From contig CAYJRY010000001.1 in assembly GCA_964372855.1 (NCBI GenBank), positions 18,794 through 82,793 of the forward strand: a DNA stretch of 64,000 nucleotides, given 5' to 3'. Under the pieces are notes generated by a model, which was not told the origin of the DNA, ran no database searches, and saw nothing but the letters and a program-made list of their open reading frames with translations. The position numbers were made by a program, and so were the translations under genes. Below, piece after piece: positions 38,610-48,511 of this stretch (position 1 is its first letter; each line of letters opens with the position of its first letter). The stretch comes from an uncultured Gammaproteobacteria bacterium (GTDB taxonomy: Bacteria; Patescibacteriota; Microgenomatia; Levybacterales; UBA12049).

Positions 38610-39125
38610 TCATATATTATCCCTTATTGAAATCGCTTCCTCAATAGACTTATGCAGATAAAGTACTGTTGGCAGATCTTTCTCCGGTTCCCATTTAAAG
38701 GTATTTGGCACTTTTGATCGAATATTATTTAACACTTCCCGATGTTTTTGTACTGCACTTTTAAGTATTTTCTCTTTTTCAGTGATATCTCTTCCTTCAT
38801 TTTTTGACATCAGTAAATGCGGTTGGATATTCCCAAAGTAGAAATCAGATTTTTTTAATGCATTGTATCCTAATAAATATTGTTTGTATTCAAATAGTGT
38901 TTTTGCTTCAACCAAGTAATTGTCTGATTGATCTAGATTGTATTTAAACTGACCAAAATTTCCAAAAAACCAGTATTTTTTGAATTCATCCCATATCATT
39001 TTAACTTCATAGAACCTATTTCCTGGCATGACAGATGGATAAGGCAAAACATAACTTGATTCGGCGTAAACAGATGATGACATGGCTAAAATTAAAAATA
39101 AAAACAATACTAGAATCTTTTTCAT
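38610..39125 (-). CDS. Secreted/signal-peptide protein of unknown function (paralog S2)
   Basis: 171 aa. It has the signal peptide MKKILVLFLFLILAMSSSVYA. The mature region is about 55% identical to 32127-32645. Confidence 0.45.
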   Translation of the reverse strand: MKKILVLFLFLILAMSSSVYAESSYVLPYPSVMPGNRFYEVKMIWDEFKKYWFFGNFGQFKYNLDQSDNYLVEAKTLFEYKQYLLGYNALKKSDFYFGNIQPHLLMSKNEGRDITEKEKILKSAVQKHREVLNNIRSKVPNTFKWEPEKDLPTVLYLHKSIEEAISIRDNI

Positions 39126-39146
39126 TTTGAGTTAGGAATTATTTTT

Positions 39147-40310
39147 CTACAATCTTCTCAATCTTACTCTACTCCTGTAAACTAAATAGTAAACCTCATT
39201 GACTGTGTAAACTCCAACAATAAATTGAACAGGAAGAAGAATAAGAAGAAATCGTGACGATACAACACCCAGTGAAAGAAATATTTCATATATAAATATC
39301 CATATTAGAAGAAATAATATTTTTGATGAAAGTTTTATGATATTTAATCCCGCCAACAAAATAAGAAAAAATGGCAATAATGTAAAGATTGGCCAGGTTA
39401 TTTGCCAGTCATCAGCAGTTAATATCTTCATCTCACCCCACCAAGATTGCCATTGATTAAAAAGAACTAACTTCCAGTATGAAAATGGGAAAATGAGTTT
39501 ACTTTGTTGATAAAGAAAAATCCATTTTTGGAATCCTATAAAATCTAAAAACGTATAACCATTTAAAAAAGTTTTTATATAAGAAAATATCAAAATCATT
39601 GCCGTTATTGGAAGAGTCATTAAAAAAAATATTAAATTTTTGTGAAGTTTATTTAATGCTAAAAATATGGAGCAACAAGCAATAAGCAGTATTCCTGGAA
39701 CAACAGTTTTTGTTGCCATTACAAGCCCTATGGAAATTGATGTAAGAAAAAAACTTCCCTTTTTATACCCTCTTAGAAAAAAATAAAGAGCAAAGAGAAC
39801 AAATGGTAACTGAATAATATCTAAAAGAGGAGTAAAAATAAGCTGGTTAATAAAAATCTTTTCAAATGACAGAAGGACTAATGGAATAATAGCAATTATT
39901 TTACTACCTAAAACGACATATCCTAATAGCCATAAACTATAAAGTGTAATTATTCCAAATGGAATTACAATAAAGCTATCATTCTTAAAAAGATATATTG
40001 ATAATGCTATAAAATATTTACCAAGTGGCGTATGTTCGGAGTTTACTAGAATCGGATCAACGCCCCTTAAGTACGCTCCTGCAGCATAACTAAATACAGT
40101 TTCATCTGGGATTATTCCTGGTTTTTCTTTTTGTCGGTATTGAGAATGGTTAAATGCATTTTCTAGGTTTTTATAATAAGCTTCTGTATACCATCCCCCA
40201 AAATATTTGCTATTATTCTGAACAAAAACAGATCCAATCCTATATATGATTACCAAAAGTAAAGTAAATACAATAATTTTCTTCATTATTGAAATCAGAT
40301 TACAAGTCAA
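39147..40310 (-). CDS. PMT/GT39-like polytopic glycosyltransferase candidate (protein O-mannosyltransferase family), short form
   Basis: 387 aa. The first loop IIPDETVFSYAAGAYLRG...EHTPLGKYFIALSIYLF matches the PMT signatures (FDEVHFG...Y and HPPLGK..IAL). It is a paralog of 56938-59079. Confidence 0.5.
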   Translation of the reverse strand: MTCNLISIMKKIIVFTLLLVIIYRIGSVFVQNNSKYFGGWYTEAYYKNLENAFNHSQYRQKEKPGIIPDETVFSYAAGAYLRGVDPILVNSEHTPLGKYFIALSIYLFKNDSFIVIPFGIITLYSLWLLGYVVLGSKIIAIIPLVLLSFEKIFINQLIFTPLLDIIQLPFVLFALYFFLRGYKKGSFFLTSISIGLVMATKTVVPGILLIACCSIFLALNKLHKNLIFFLMTLPITAMILIFSYIKTFLNGYTFLDFIGFQKWIFLYQQSKLIFPFSYWKLVLFNQWQSWWGEMKILTADDWQITWPIFTLLPFFLILLAGLNIIKLSSKILFLLIWIFIYEIFLSLGVVSSRFLLILLPVQFIVGVYTVNEVYYLVYRSRVRLRRL

Positions 40311-40316
40311 ACTAGC

Positions 40317-41804
40317 CTATGGCTGAAGCTCAAACCACCATCGCGCATATTGGTCATACATGTTAGAAAAAGTAATAGGTTTCCATCCTGCCTTAAGTAT
40401 TGCAGACTCTGATGCGCTTGAAAAATCTACTATGCCAATATTGCTTAATATCGGATACTCACTTTTAAAATTAGTTTTTCTTGGTAATAAGCATTTTTCT
40501 CGCAATCCAATCTTCACACCCCTTTTATTATATTTATGTTTCGCTTCTAGGGCTAAAACAATAGAAAAAGCAGAGCCATTATAGAATGAATGATACTTTT
40601 TCGAACAAGTATATAGTAAGAAACTACTTTTTGGATATTTTTTTTCCAAATCATTTACTCCATTATATATCAACATACTAAATCCATCTTTTTTAAGCTC
40701 AGATGCTGTTCTGGGATATGAAAAAAAAATAATTAAAGGTATTAATATTAAACCAATATAAATTTTTCTATAGTTTAAATTAATAATTGCAAAAGTAGTA
40801 AAAATAAATACAAATGGCCGCAGAAAGTTAAGATATCCGAAAAATCTGGGTCCCCAATAATATCTAAGTAAAATAAAGTTAACTAAAAATGCAACAATAA
40901 GCAAAATTAAATTTATCGATAATTTCTTTTTATAAGCAAACCACAGAAAGAGGATAAAAAACAAGATCATTATTAAACTAGAAAACCAAGACGGAACTCC
41001 TAAGGCATCTGCCCAAAATGCAGGCCAAAAATCTCTCACATAGAATAACCATCTGTTGGGAACATATATAGCATTTTTTCCTTCAGTAATATAATAGAAA
41101 ATATTTCTAGTTGTAAACCAATGGTTATTCATTTCAAATATTAACATTGGGATAAAACTTATGACTACGCCTAAAGCGCTAAATACAAAATTTATGAATT
41201 TTCTTTTATATAAAAAAAGGACAAGCGGAAGGATTAATAATCCACCCATCTGAAAATGTAGATTCATCCCCACTCCTATAACAAAACCAAACAATAAGCT
41301 GAGCCACTGTGATTTCTCTTTAGATATGAGTATTAAAAAAAGCCAGATTGCCAAAGCGGCAAATAAGTTGGTATTATTATGACTAGTTAAATGTGTTGCT
41401 GATATTACTTGTGCAGGAGAAATGGCGGCTATAAAAGAGACGATTAAACCAAAGTTGTCTCCGCCTAAAATTTTACCGATTTTGAACATTACAAAAATGT
41501 ATATCACTGAAATAATACTTAAGTATATCCAAGGAGAATATACAGATGGAAAAATAAGATAAAATAAAATTAATTGATATGCGTACCATGGTCCAAATGT
41601 AAATGGACCAAGAGACGAAAAAGATCCTGTCAGAGGAAACTGTAATTGTCTTGCGCCTTCAATTCCTATTACAGCATCTCTAACTGTTTCCTCACCTAAA
41701 GAATATCTATAAGGGTAATTATAAAATCTTAAAAATGTGCCAAGAATCAATATTCCCAAAAAAATATAGAAATGCAATTTTTGCTTTCTAAGAAAAGTTA
41801 TCAT
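40317..41804 (-). CDS. GT-C-like polytopic membrane protein, member of the D-x-x-R-D first-loop family
   Basis: 495 aa. It has LGEETVRDAVIGIEGA...LTGSFSSLGPFTFGPWYAY, the same loop architecture as 44206, 45718, 47233, 52892 and 61051. Confidence 0.45.
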   Translation of the reverse strand: MITFLRKQKLHFYIFLGILILGTFLRFYNYPYRYSLGEETVRDAVIGIEGARQLQFPLTGSFSSLGPFTFGPWYAYQLILFYLIFPSVYSPWIYLSIISVIYIFVMFKIGKILGGDNFGLIVSFIAAISPAQVISATHLTSHNNTNLFAALAIWLFLILISKEKSQWLSLLFGFVIGVGMNLHFQMGGLLILPLVLFLYKRKFINFVFSALGVVISFIPMLIFEMNNHWFTTRNIFYYITEGKNAIYVPNRWLFYVRDFWPAFWADALGVPSWFSSLIMILFFILFLWFAYKKKLSINLILLIVAFLVNFILLRYYWGPRFFGYLNFLRPFVFIFTTFAIINLNYRKIYIGLILIPLIIFFSYPRTASELKKDGFSMLIYNGVNDLEKKYPKSSFLLYTCSKKYHSFYNGSAFSIVLALEAKHKYNKRGVKIGLREKCLLPRKTNFKSEYPILSNIGIVDFSSASESAILKAGWKPITFSNMYDQYARWWFELQP

Positions 41805-42568
41805 AAAATCCTAAGATACTTAAGGTAAGAAACCGGAAATCTTAATGCTGAAAAAAACGAAAAAACAAATCCAGGGAATACATCCATAAATCCCTTATGT
41901 CTAATATATGTAGTTAAAAACCAATGAACAGGCTTAATCAACAAATAAACTAATCCATAATAGAAAATGTAGATAATGTTTTTATTTTTTAATTTATTTT
42001 TAAGCTGCGAAGAAAGAAGATCGCAATACCTAGTCCATTTATGTATATAATCGCCAAATCCTTTGTAAGGATAGTGAAGGAGAGGGTGGATCAAATATCC
42101 TACTTTTCCATCTATTATTGCCTGTTCATGAACATCTCTTTGAGGTAAATATCCCTTTCCTTTACGATACAACCTTAGGGTATAATCTGGATATTGTCCT
42201 CCTTTAGTTAAAAATCTTCCCAAAAACCAATTTTTTCTTGGAATCCAATATCCGCTTACGCGGGAATTTCCAATTTTTTCTTTTATCTCTCTAGCAAGAT
42301 CTGATGTTACCCTTTCGTCTGCATCCAGCTGAAGAATCCAATCTTTTGTTGCCATATCTATTGCTATTTGCTTATTAATATGAAATATTGGTTTGTTGTT
42401 TGTAATTTTTACGCGAGCATTGAATTTTTTTGCAATTTCAACTGTATTATCGGTAGATAAACCATCTACAACAACAATTTCATCTGCTAAATCTTTTACT
42501 AATTCAAGACAATCTTCTATGTTTTTCTCCTCGTTATAGGTTGCCAAAACTATCGAAAGCGATGCCAT
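41801..42568 (-). CDS. GT2-family glycosyltransferase
   Basis: 255 aa. It has SIVLATYNEEKNIEDCLE...IVVVDGLSTDNTVEIAK and LDADER motifs. Confidence 0.6.
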   Translation of the reverse strand: MASLSIVLATYNEEKNIEDCLELVKDLADEIVVVDGLSTDNTVEIAKKFNARVKITNNKPIFHINKQIAIDMATKDWILQLDADERVTSDLAREIKEKIGNSRVSGYWIPRKNWFLGRFLTKGGQYPDYTLRLYRKGKGYLPQRDVHEQAIIDGKVGYLIHPLLHYPYKGFGDYIHKWTRYCDLLSSQLKNKLKNKNIIYIFYYGLVYLLIKPVHWFLTTYIRHKGFMDVFPGFVFSFFSALRFPVSYLKYLRIL

Positions 42569-44205
42569 ATGTTTATTCTATTAAGTATAACTAAACTCAA
42601 TATGAATAACAAACTAAGTCCACTTATAATATTAGCTACCATTCTAAACTTTGTTTCTGAAAACTTTACTAAAATGTCATGTTTTCCTTTTTCTAAATAA
42701 AAAGTCATAAGACCTCTATTTGCAGGGTCTTGGAATTCAAGATCATTAATATCAACTTTTTTATTGTCTATAAAAACATTCCATCCAGGGAAATATAACG
42801 TGTTTACTCTTATTCTTGATTTTTCCTCAGAAAATATTTTATATCTATGAATGGTTGAGTTTCTCATTGATTCGATTATTTTAGCCCTACCAGAAATTAC
42901 TTCCATATTGGATTTAGCTGGCTTCTCCATAAACCTTACCGACCAAATTGGCGCACTTTCACCCGTATCGGTTGTTCCATAATAAATGCCCGTATAGAAA
43001 GTCTCTGGTTTTTGAAGATAACCGTTTGCATGCCAATAATTTCGGTTAAAAAACAAAATTGCAAAAATAATACAGACGGTAAAGAGTCTAATTTTTTTAG
43101 CAATTGTATAAATTGCTACTGCTCCGATCACTGATGATGCAAAAACAATTACTGACAGAAATCTCCATGGAAACTGGAATTTCTGAATTAGAGTGATACT
43201 CTCCCATAAAAATTTTGAATTTGGTGTCATAATAAAAAGTGCAAAAATAAAAATAAACAAAAATCCTATTGATAAAAACCAAAGATTATTTTTAGTTTTA
43301 TATAAAATATAAGTTGCAGGTAAGGAAATGATTATTAAAAACCAGTGAATGATTCCAACCTGAACACTAAATACTCCGGTTCCTCCATAGCTCCATTGCC
43401 CATAAAGAAAATCCCAAAAGTTATTCACAAATCTGGATGTGAAATCTCGACTTATTACGATGTCTCTTAGAGTATATTTTCCTTCAAAAAATGCAGGAAG
43501 AAGAAAAAAAGAAGACAAACCTACACCAAAAGATATGAAATAAGAAGTATAAAGTATGAATTTTTTTTTATATTTGGTTTGCCAAAGAAGATATAAAAAG
43601 TAAAGTAATATTAATGGCATGAACATAATTGTTATGGCATTGTGAGAAAGAATAAGCCCAGCGAGCGAAAAAGAACCCCCGACAAAATATAAAAACTTTG
43701 GTTTTTTAGCTAGCTTTAAGAGAAAATATAAAATAAGTGGTGGAAAAATAAATGCCGTATGCTCTCCTATTGCACCCCTTACATAAAGATCTACAAACCT
43801 ATACGGTGCAAACATGTACAATATTGCCCCCAAAAACGCACTTTTTATCCCCAAAAATTCTTTTAACCATAAATACATTGTTAGACCACTTGCAATAAAA
43901 CTTAATCCAAACACAATCTTTAAACTATCTACCAAAGAAAACCCAATAAAATGAAAAATAGAAGCCATATAGGAGGGCAACGGATACAAAAACATTAATA
44001 TTGGATGACCATAGCCCCAATTCAGGTTTGCTGCCCATCTTGGAATAATATTTCCCTCGGAAAGATTCTTGTAAAAGTTTGCAATTCTAGCCACATGATC
44101 CTGGCCATCATGAGTTATTGGCAAACCAAAATGGAAAAGATCAAACAAAGGAATAACTCCAATTATGATAATTAACAAAAATCCTAAATTTTTAAATCTC
44201 CTCAT
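42550..44205 (-). CDS. Large polytopic membrane protein, YfhO-like GT-C candidate (paralog group Y)
   Basis: 551 aa. It has ITHDGQDHVARIANFYKNLSEGNIIPRWAANLNWGYGHPILMFLYPLPSY, homologous to 29285-31018. It also has a C-terminal soluble domain. Confidence 0.45.
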   Translation of the reverse strand: MRRFKNLGFLLIIIIGVIPLFDLFHFGLPITHDGQDHVARIANFYKNLSEGNIIPRWAANLNWGYGHPILMFLYPLPSYMASIFHFIGFSLVDSLKIVFGLSFIASGLTMYLWLKEFLGIKSAFLGAILYMFAPYRFVDLYVRGAIGEHTAFIFPPLILYFLLKLAKKPKFLYFVGGSFSLAGLILSHNAITIMFMPLILLYFLYLLWQTKYKKKFILYTSYFISFGVGLSSFFLLPAFFEGKYTLRDIVISRDFTSRFVNNFWDFLYGQWSYGGTGVFSVQVGIIHWFLIIISLPATYILYKTKNNLWFLSIGFLFIFIFALFIMTPNSKFLWESITLIQKFQFPWRFLSVIVFASSVIGAVAIYTIAKKIRLFTVCIIFAILFFNRNYWHANGYLQKPETFYTGIYYGTTDTGESAPIWSVRFMEKPAKSNMEVISGRAKIIESMRNSTIHRYKIFSEEKSRIRVNTLYFPGWNVFIDNKKVDINDLEFQDPANRGLMTFYLEKGKHDILVKFSETKFRMVANIISGLSLLFILSLVILNRINIWHRFR

Positions 44206-45714
44206 TTATCTATTATCTATCCTTCTCTGAACTATTACTCCTCCCTTTACGATTTCTTCTTTTTCTACAATTCCATCACCTTCCCTATCTTTTAGCCAAT
44301 CCCTTAATCTAAACGGTAAATCATAATCAGGCTCAATTATTAAATAAAATAATCCTGTGTTTTGTCTTGAAGGTATATACCCATATTTTTTCTCTCCATA
44401 CCACGGAAACAAGTATCTATAGGTGTAATCGTGTACTGCTGGAGTATAAACAATATATTTAAAATCCTTCCCTTTTGCATCGTTATAAACGTAATCGATT
44501 ACAGCAAGCTGATTACGATATACTGCTGCGTTTCCTTCCCACAATGGCTTCCTAATATTTTCTAAAACCTGTATGGGATCAAGGTTGATCCAAAATAAAA
44601 CAAAAAGTATAAAGAAAATAAACCAAAATTTTTTTAAGGCAATTCTCACTATATTAATAGCTATACTTATAAAAAAAATGTACAAAATTGGAATACCAAC
44701 AAGATAATGAGACCAAACAGCCTGATTGAAAAAAGTTAGACCAATTAAAAAAACTCCAATTGATATCAAAATAATTTTTACAAATTGCTTACTTGGATTC
44801 TCCATTTTCTTATAAAAAAATATTATAGCCAAAGAGGCAAATGTAATTAAAAGAAAACCAACTATAATATTTTGTCCTGCCAATGTAGCATTCCATGTGT
44901 TAAATAATGAAATCATCCTGCTAATAAGTGCATCGAAAAGAGAAAATTGCTTAGCAGGCAAAAAACCATTACTTAATGCATTAATAAATGTCTTAGTCAT
45001 TAAAAAATCGTTTCTAATTTCAAAAATAATACGTGGCGAAAAAATCAGCAAAAATCCTAAGATAAAAAAGAATATTCCTTTTATTGCCAGTCTTTTTCTA
45101 AAAAGAATAATTAAAGAGAGACAAATGCTTAAAAAGAATAGCGTCCCAAATACTATTGCCAGATCTATTATGATTCCCAAAAATAAACCAAGTAAAAATA
45201 GCTCTTTTTCTTTAGGCGCTCTAGATTGATCTTCAAGGGAAAATTTTCTAAGTATCAAAAAAACAAGCAGTACAAAAAATGCTGCTAAATTTGGACTCCA
45301 TATTTGTAAGGAAAATGAAACCATTAAGGAAGAGAAACTAATAAAAGCTGCAACAAGTATTCCTAAAAAAACTCCTCCTATCTTCTCACCAATAACATAA
45401 CCTAATATAATAGTAGCAATTCCGATGAAACCCATAAAGAAAGTAATTCCTTGTGGGTTGCCGGAAAAGATAAAAAATGGAATGCTTAATATAAAATACC
45501 ACCATGGACCATAGAAAATGCCCTCTATTCCTGTTGTTGGGCCGATAAGAGTAATATTATTATTAATTACTATATCCTCAACAGCAATTAAATCTCTGCC
45601 CACATCATAGGTAAAAGCAAATGAATTAGTAAAAATTCCGCTTAATCTAAGCCATGACCCGATTGCTATAATTATCATTAGCAAACCTAAAATAACAATT
45701 TTTTTCTTATGCAT
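44206..45714 (-). CDS. GT-C-like polytopic membrane protein, D-x-x-R-D family with a C-terminal WYGEKKYGY domain
   Basis: 502 aa. The N-terminal loop is FTYDVGRDLIAVEDIV...TLIGP...GIFYGPWWYF. The C-terminus is YLFPWYGEKKYGYIPSRQNTGLFYLIIEPD. Confidence 0.45.
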   Translation of the reverse strand: MHKKKIVILGLLMIIIAIGSWLRLSGIFTNSFAFTYDVGRDLIAVEDIVINNNITLIGPTTGIEGIFYGPWWYFILSIPFFIFSGNPQGITFFMGFIGIATIILGYVIGEKIGGVFLGILVAAFISFSSLMVSFSLQIWSPNLAAFFVLLVFLILRKFSLEDQSRAPKEKELFLLGLFLGIIIDLAIVFGTLFFLSICLSLIILFRKRLAIKGIFFFILGFLLIFSPRIIFEIRNDFLMTKTFINALSNGFLPAKQFSLFDALISRMISLFNTWNATLAGQNIIVGFLLITFASLAIIFFYKKMENPSKQFVKIILISIGVFLIGLTFFNQAVWSHYLVGIPILYIFFISIAINIVRIALKKFWFIFFILFVLFWINLDPIQVLENIRKPLWEGNAAVYRNQLAVIDYVYNDAKGKDFKYIVYTPAVHDYTYRYLFPWYGEKKYGYIPSRQNTGLFYLIIEPDYDLPFRLRDWLKDREGDGIVEKEEIVKGGVIVQRRIDNR

Positions 45715-45717
45715 AAT

Positions 45718-47229
45718 TTACTTAAATAAACGTTTCTGGATAATTAACCCGCTGGCAAGTTCTTTTGTTGCTATAATTTCTCCCTCTTTTATTACTGTCT
45801 CAAGCCATCCCTTATAGCTCCAAGGTTTTGAGCTATCCTTTTCGATAAGAAGATATATAAGTCCTTTTTTTTCTCTATGTGGAACATATCCATACTTTTT
45901 CTTTCCATACCAAGAAATAAGATAATCATAAGGATATGTATATATAGGAGGACTAAATATCAGTATCCCAAATTGTTTTCTGTGAGCGTTTTTATAAATA
46001 TAGTCTATTGCATCCAGCTTTCCTTTAATTTTATGTGTACCGCCATAATCGCCAATATCATAATAAAATGTTTTAACGTTAGAAAAAATACCAGAGAGGA
46101 GCATTATTGCCAAATATCCTACAATAAAAGCTTTTACAATTCTATATTGTATTCTTAAGAAAGATATAATAACAAAAACAACTAAAAATATATAAGCCAG
46201 ATTAAGATGAATAAGATAGTAATTATAAACAAAATTTCTCAAAAATCCTAAGACAATAAACGTAACTGGTATAAGGATTAAAAGATATAGGATAAATTGT
46301 CTTCTTTCTCTATCGTATTCTCTAATGAGCAAATAAAAAATAGCGGGAATAATAATAAATATTGCCAAAGGAATAATTTCTTGTCGGGGGAATGTAGACA
46401 AAAAATTCTGAAAAAATACCAAAAGATGATCGCGTAAAAGGTATATCCAAAATGTTTGTGTTGTTGCTGTTTCTGGATGATCAAATAAGTAAGTTAACAA
46501 TCCCTTTGCTGCTTGGAACCCATGTCGGATTTCAAACAGAAACATAGGAAAGAAAGACGTGACAAACCCTAAAAACAAAACAATATATTCTTTAACTTCT
46601 TTACGCCTAAGTACTAATACACAGTACACGATAAGACTTATAGAGAGAGGAATAGCTATGGCCAATTGAAAATTATATACAAAACCCGAGAAAAAGGAAG
46701 CCCAAAAAAGATATTTTGTTTTATGTTTTTTTGTAAAAAGAAATACGAAATAATATGCCAATAAGATAAATACTGGCGAAGGATTAGAATTCCATACAAA
46801 TCTTGAGTAGGTAATAAAAGGCGGAGAAATAGCAATCAAGGCAGCAACTATTAGTCCAACTTTTGCTCCAAATAGCCTTCTTCCAATAGCATAACCAACA
46901 AGAATTGTTGCGATTCCCAATAAAAACATTAATATTATTCCCCCATAAGGATCTCCTTTAAAAAATATAAAAGGTGCTGCTAGTAGATAATAATAAAAAG
47001 GTCCATGGAAAATTCCGCGAAATCCAGCAACACCCGCGCCTATTTCAGATCCAATAAGAGTCAGCTTGTGATCAACGACAATATTTTTTACCGCAAGATA
47101 ATCTCTACCTTGATCAAATCCAAAAAGAAAGTTTCTATTTAAAACCTCTACAGATCTTAGAATTACTCCACTCAATATTGCTGAAAAAAGTATTATATAA
47201 ACAATAATCCTCAAAAATCTTTTGGCCAT
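45718..47229 (-). CDS. GT-C-like polytopic membrane protein, D-x-x-R-D family with a C-terminal WYGKKKYGY domain
   Basis: 503 aa. It has FGFDQGRDYLAVKNIVVDHKLTLIGS...GIFHGPFYYY and YLISWYGKKKYGYVPHREKKGLIYLLIEKD. Confidence 0.45.
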   Translation of the reverse strand: MAKRFLRIIVYIILFSAILSGVILRSVEVLNRNFLFGFDQGRDYLAVKNIVVDHKLTLIGSEIGAGVAGFRGIFHGPFYYYLLAAPFIFFKGDPYGGIILMFLLGIATILVGYAIGRRLFGAKVGLIVAALIAISPPFITYSRFVWNSNPSPVFILLAYYFVFLFTKKHKTKYLFWASFFSGFVYNFQLAIAIPLSISLIVYCVLVLRRKEVKEYIVLFLGFVTSFFPMFLFEIRHGFQAAKGLLTYLFDHPETATTQTFWIYLLRDHLLVFFQNFLSTFPRQEIIPLAIFIIIPAIFYLLIREYDRERRQFILYLLILIPVTFIVLGFLRNFVYNYYLIHLNLAYIFLVVFVIISFLRIQYRIVKAFIVGYLAIMLLSGIFSNVKTFYYDIGDYGGTHKIKGKLDAIDYIYKNAHRKQFGILIFSPPIYTYPYDYLISWYGKKKYGYVPHREKKGLIYLLIEKDSSKPWSYKGWLETVIKEGEIIATKELASGLIIQKRLFK

Positions 47230-47232
47230 ACC

Positions 47233-48510
47233 TCAATATACTTCTTTTCCTTTTTTCCTCATATAATAATAGTATAAATACGATTCTGGAACTCCTTCAT
47301 GAAACCCAATATCCCTCCCTTCCTCAATTGCTTTTAAGACTTTTTGGCTTCGCTCATGAATTCCCCCTTCTTTATAAGTAAAATATTTGCTTATATTAAA
47401 TATTGCATAGTATATTAAAAAACAAGATAAAATAAATTTAGGAATCCAATTTCTAAATAAAAATATTCTAGATAACAAATAGGAGATAATAATAAGTGCG
47501 ATAAATCTGTTTGTGGAAAAATAGTAGTCGCTTATTTCTCCGCTATAAGTTGAGAGCACAAACCAAGGAACCACAAACCAAAGAATTATAAGATAACACA
47601 GAACTATTTTTTCTTTTGAAACTGATTTAAAAAACAACAGAAACATAAATAAAGGAACAAGAACAAACTTTAAAGGTTTAAGAAAGGAAAAAGTAAAAAA
47701 CGGCTCAAATTGAATAAGGGCATCATTTGTCAACTGCAGAACTCGTCTTACATGAAACCCATGATAGTAGCTAGTACCGTATTGTAAAAGATTTGATGTA
47801 TGTTGTTGATTTTCTAGAGTAGCTATAATAGTGGGAATAAGCCAAACTGTAAATACCGGTAAAGCAAAAAACATATATTTAAGCGTCTCCTTAGTCTTTG
47901 GAAAAAAAATAACTGACAGAAAAATCATAAAAGGAAAATAAATAGAAGTAAAATGTATGTGAAAGGAAAAACCCAACGCGAGACCCAAAAGAAGCATGAA
48001 TTTTGGATTTCCTGTTATTATTTTGTAGATACTATAAAATATAATAAGTGAAATGGCAGGGATAAAATTTACCGGCCATTGTACTCGGTCAAAAATAATA
48101 CCATAATATGCAACAGTATTTATAAAAATAGCTATAAAAGCGGTTTCCACTGAAAAAATTTTTTTAGTTATGTAAAAAAGGGTCAAAAATGTAAAAATGC
48201 TTGTAACTCCTGCAAAAACTCCGGATGCTATTGGATCAAGATTAAAGATCCAGTAGAAAAAAGCTATCATATAGTAATATATAGGACCAATAAAAATACC
48301 GCTGTTCTGCTTAGCAACCATTCCAACGAGAGGTAATTCGTGATTAACTATTATATTTTTGGAAGCCCACGCATTATCGACTTGATCCCATCCGAATGGG
48401 CTTCTTGTATCAATTTCATAGAACCTCAAAAATATCAATAAAATAAATATGATCAAAAATAATACCAAAGCTTTACTACTCCAAAAGCGCAAAATAAATT
48501 CTTTTATCAT
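47233..48510 (-). CDS. GT-C-like polytopic membrane protein, divergent D-x-x-(R/D)-(D/N) family member
   Basis: The likely start is MIKEFILRFW (1 nt after the upstream stop). The ORF-track start at 48609 would overlap the upstream gene by 98 nt. The loop is FGWDQVDNAWASKNIIVNHELPLVG...GIFIGPIYYY. Confidence 0.4.
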   Translation of the reverse strand: MIKEFILRFWSSKALVLFLIIFILLIFLRFYEIDTRSPFGWDQVDNAWASKNIIVNHELPLVGMVAKQNSGIFIGPIYYYMIAFFYWIFNLDPIASGVFAGVTSIFTFLTLFYITKKIFSVETAFIAIFINTVAYYGIIFDRVQWPVNFIPAISLIIFYSIYKIITGNPKFMLLLGLALGFSFHIHFTSIYFPFMIFLSVIFFPKTKETLKYMFFALPVFTVWLIPTIIATLENQQHTSNLLQYGTSYYHGFHVRRVLQLTNDALIQFEPFFTFSFLKPLKFVLVPLFMFLLFFKSVSKEKIVLCYLIILWFVVPWFVLSTYSGEISDYYFSTNRFIALIIISYLLSRIFLFRNWIPKFILSCFLIYYAIFNISKYFTYKEGGIHERSQKVLKAIEEGRDIGFHEGVPESYLYYYYMRKKGKEVY

Positions 48511-48511
48511 A

